Assembly: GCA_043228905.1 (NCBI GenBank)
Contig: JBHGNT010000015.1
Location: 11,036,001 to 11,100,000, forward strand
DNA from: Azolla caroliniana
Taxonomy: Eukaryota > Plantae > Polypodiophyta
Direction of reading: 5' to 3'
Length of the DNA stretch: 64,000 nucleotides
Shown piece by piece: positions 61,326 through 64,000 of the stretch. Position numbers and translations under genes: made by a program. Each line of letters opens with the position of its first letter. Position 1 is the first letter of the stretch. Under the pieces are notes generated by a model, which made no database searches, was not told the origin of the DNA, and worked only from the letters and a program-made list of their open reading frames with translations.

Positions 61326-64000
61326 CACCCAAGTGTTTAGAAATAAAGCGTCACACAAATCTTTATTCGTTGAGCCCACAATCTAAATTTCATCAATACC
61401 AAGTAGACCATCATGTTAAACCACTCAGAACATGACCACATATGTTTACGTAGAAACTATATAGGTTTAGATTGAAAATTTGTGTTAGTGTCGTGGTACA
61501 AATTCCTCCATATAGTGCAAGTTACCCTCATTTGCTATATATAATATGTTTTCTCTCTACCTTATATCCTTAAAAGTGCCAAAGGAAAAAACAATTTCTT
61601 CTTGACCATCATTAGGCAAGTATCCCTATATGCTAGTAATTTTAAAAGTGTGATGTGGTCTCATAGTTAATCATTGGTATTGTGTACATATCATCGCTAC
61701 AAAAGTAGAGTTAACGTTAATTCTCATGTAACATGCAGTCTCATCAAGTGATTGACATCAGTTGATTCATCATTACGTATTTACTATGTGTAATAAATAA
61801 CATCTTGATACTCGTTTGACAAGTAGACACTTCAATGCTTACGATAGCATATACACATAGATGTCACCAACTATGAAGGTAATATATTATAGACCTAGGA
61901 CAACTACAATATTGATGTGATTAACTTTAGAAAGTAGATAAAAGTATAATCTATGAGTGACACCATTGAAATATTCTTGCCTATTGTAACTCTACTCCAT
62001 GTGTTCACTTAATAAATATACAATCATATGGAGCTATCAACTTGCATGAACAAGTCTATACTACAAATATAAATCCTTGAACTACCACAAAAGCCAAAAC
62101 AAGGTTGTGAAAGATATGGATTGTTTCATTATTATAGTAATGTGAACTATTGCTAGAAAAACGTAAGAGAATATGAATTCCTTGAATAGCAATGATAATG
62201 AGTTAAAGCACCATTGTAGCTAAGAAACAAATTCAATTACATGTAAAATGACTATTGGAAAAGTAAATTTCATATCTTCATCGGATCATCATGCATCTTT
62301 TTGGCCATTTTCAATTTCCATAGCCACTAGGTGTCGCAATTATTTAGTTTAGAATTTACTTTTTTCCTTCATTTTGTTGTTTGAGTATCTATGACTACAA
62401 GTTACAACACAAATATTTTCATCGATGATGTGCTTTTGGAGCCTTAAAGGAGTCCTAAAATGAAAATTTCTGATAGAAAAGAAATAACAAGGATATTTAA
62501 ACCTCTTCTCCCCTTCTTCTTCTTGTTTTTCCAAAAAAGAATATACTCCATTAGTTAAAATATACACAAACTTGATCCCTTTCTCGGGTAGGCCATGCCA
62601 AGACTATCCTATCCTACATAAGAGATCTTGCTTATTTATCTTACACTTTCACATATGTCTCTAGCCATCCTTTCATACACTTCACCTACATTCACTATCC
62701 CACATGCCATGTCTTTCACGCCCCTCGTTCAACTAATGGGAGGGGGGAACAACCATCTTGGTACTTCATACTTCCATAGTATATCCATTCCATTTGTTGC
62801 GGCCATCGGTGTAGTACACCATCGCTTTCGAAAATTCAGCCTCATTAGTTATGCAGCATCATCAGTACCATCAATCTGCTCATATTGAGCTCTTAGTGTA
62901 GTTATTAATGTGTGCTAGATTAGCTTAATCAATTTAGTTGGAGGGCGTTTGTGTGCTGAAAATACCTTGGTACACCTTGCTGTCCATATACACCATATAG
63001 TAATGGGGGTAAGCAACGTCCAAAGATCTCCAAGTTTTTGAGCCTATGCACAAGTTGTAGGTACCCTGTTGTCAATTGTTGGCCTATGTTTTTTTAACAA
63101 CATATTATCTCATGTTACCAATGATTCCTTACATTTTCATGACATGAAACACTAAGTTTGCTAAGAATATTTTAACCCTCTTGTATGTTTTTAGAAAAGT
63201 TTAAAGAATGTTGAACTATCAACATTATGGTTGAAATTTTAGTTTTTCAATAATAATAAGAGTGCAACAAAAGTCAAAAGGATGTGCCTATACAACATTA
63301 AGTCTCACAAAAGAAAATTGCTATTAAATGCCATGGTTCCACTATTGGAAAAAATGTAATATAACGTGTGTAGAAGCAAAGAATTGGTGTACATTCACTC
63401 CACAAACCAAGCACCATATCGATAAGTTTTGGACACATTAGCAAGACATTAGCAAGACACTTAATTTGATCAAATAATAGACCATATTGGAGACTATTTT
63501 AGCAAAATTAACGTGTTTTCACATTTAGAGAACCCAAAGAATTATCTAATTGTTTCTGGGAAGCCTATTTCTTTGGAACATTTTATGCCACTCCTTAGAG
63601 AGAGGGAGAGATGTTTTGGCATAGTCATCACAAGACCTATTTCTAGATTAATGTGCATTTTTCTACTATCCTACGTTGTTGCATTTAAATAATATATCAT
63701 TATACTAATGTATTAGTTGTTGTAGTGCACATATTCAATGTTTCCATGTAATATAAGGACAAGAAGGTCCATGGTACATTGCTTGTTTAGAGAGGAGACA
63801 CACACTATTGTACGATAGTTTGCTTCATATAAATGAATGAAACAATGACATGTTTTGCATACATATGACCATTTGACAGTTATACGCAAACCATGCATTC
63901 TTGTCTATATTAAACCTCAACTTAAGGTAGAGCCCCACAAATAATGGCTTGAAATATACTTAATACCAAAAATATGTTAGTGGCCCCAATAAAGAACCAT

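Noticed and set aside
58200-64000. Possible old transposase remnants in the AT-rich tail
   Set aside because: Only short ORFs with no assignable motif; needs a translated profile search.

Overview
Repeat-dominated plant genomic DNA (fern/seedless-plant-like by element content; this is an inference). The only intact host gene is an intronless secreted glyoxal oxidase (55662-57323, -). The first ~52 kb is a nest of Ty1/copia and Ty3/gypsy LTR retrotransposons, solo LTRs, a non-autonomous TIR element and three RTEX-like LINE copies, and most junctions can be resolved by TSDs. Four observations stand out. (1) In two divergent LINE families ORF1 and ORF2 are in the same frame, separated by one stop in a readthrough-type context (UGA-CGG / UAG-GGA). 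The 14 nt starting 6-7 nt after that stop are complementary, with covarying bases, to the 3' UTR, where the same bases alternatively form the 3'-terminal hairpin. This suggests a tombusvirus-like long-range readthrough switch in a LINE. (2) Three LTR elements carry an inverted tRNA-3'-end/PBS motif where the polypurine tract should be. (3) A tRNA-Trp-primed gypsy group makes 4-bp ACG(C/G) TSDs. (4) An intronless SMO1 fragment sits inside a non-autonomous LTR element.
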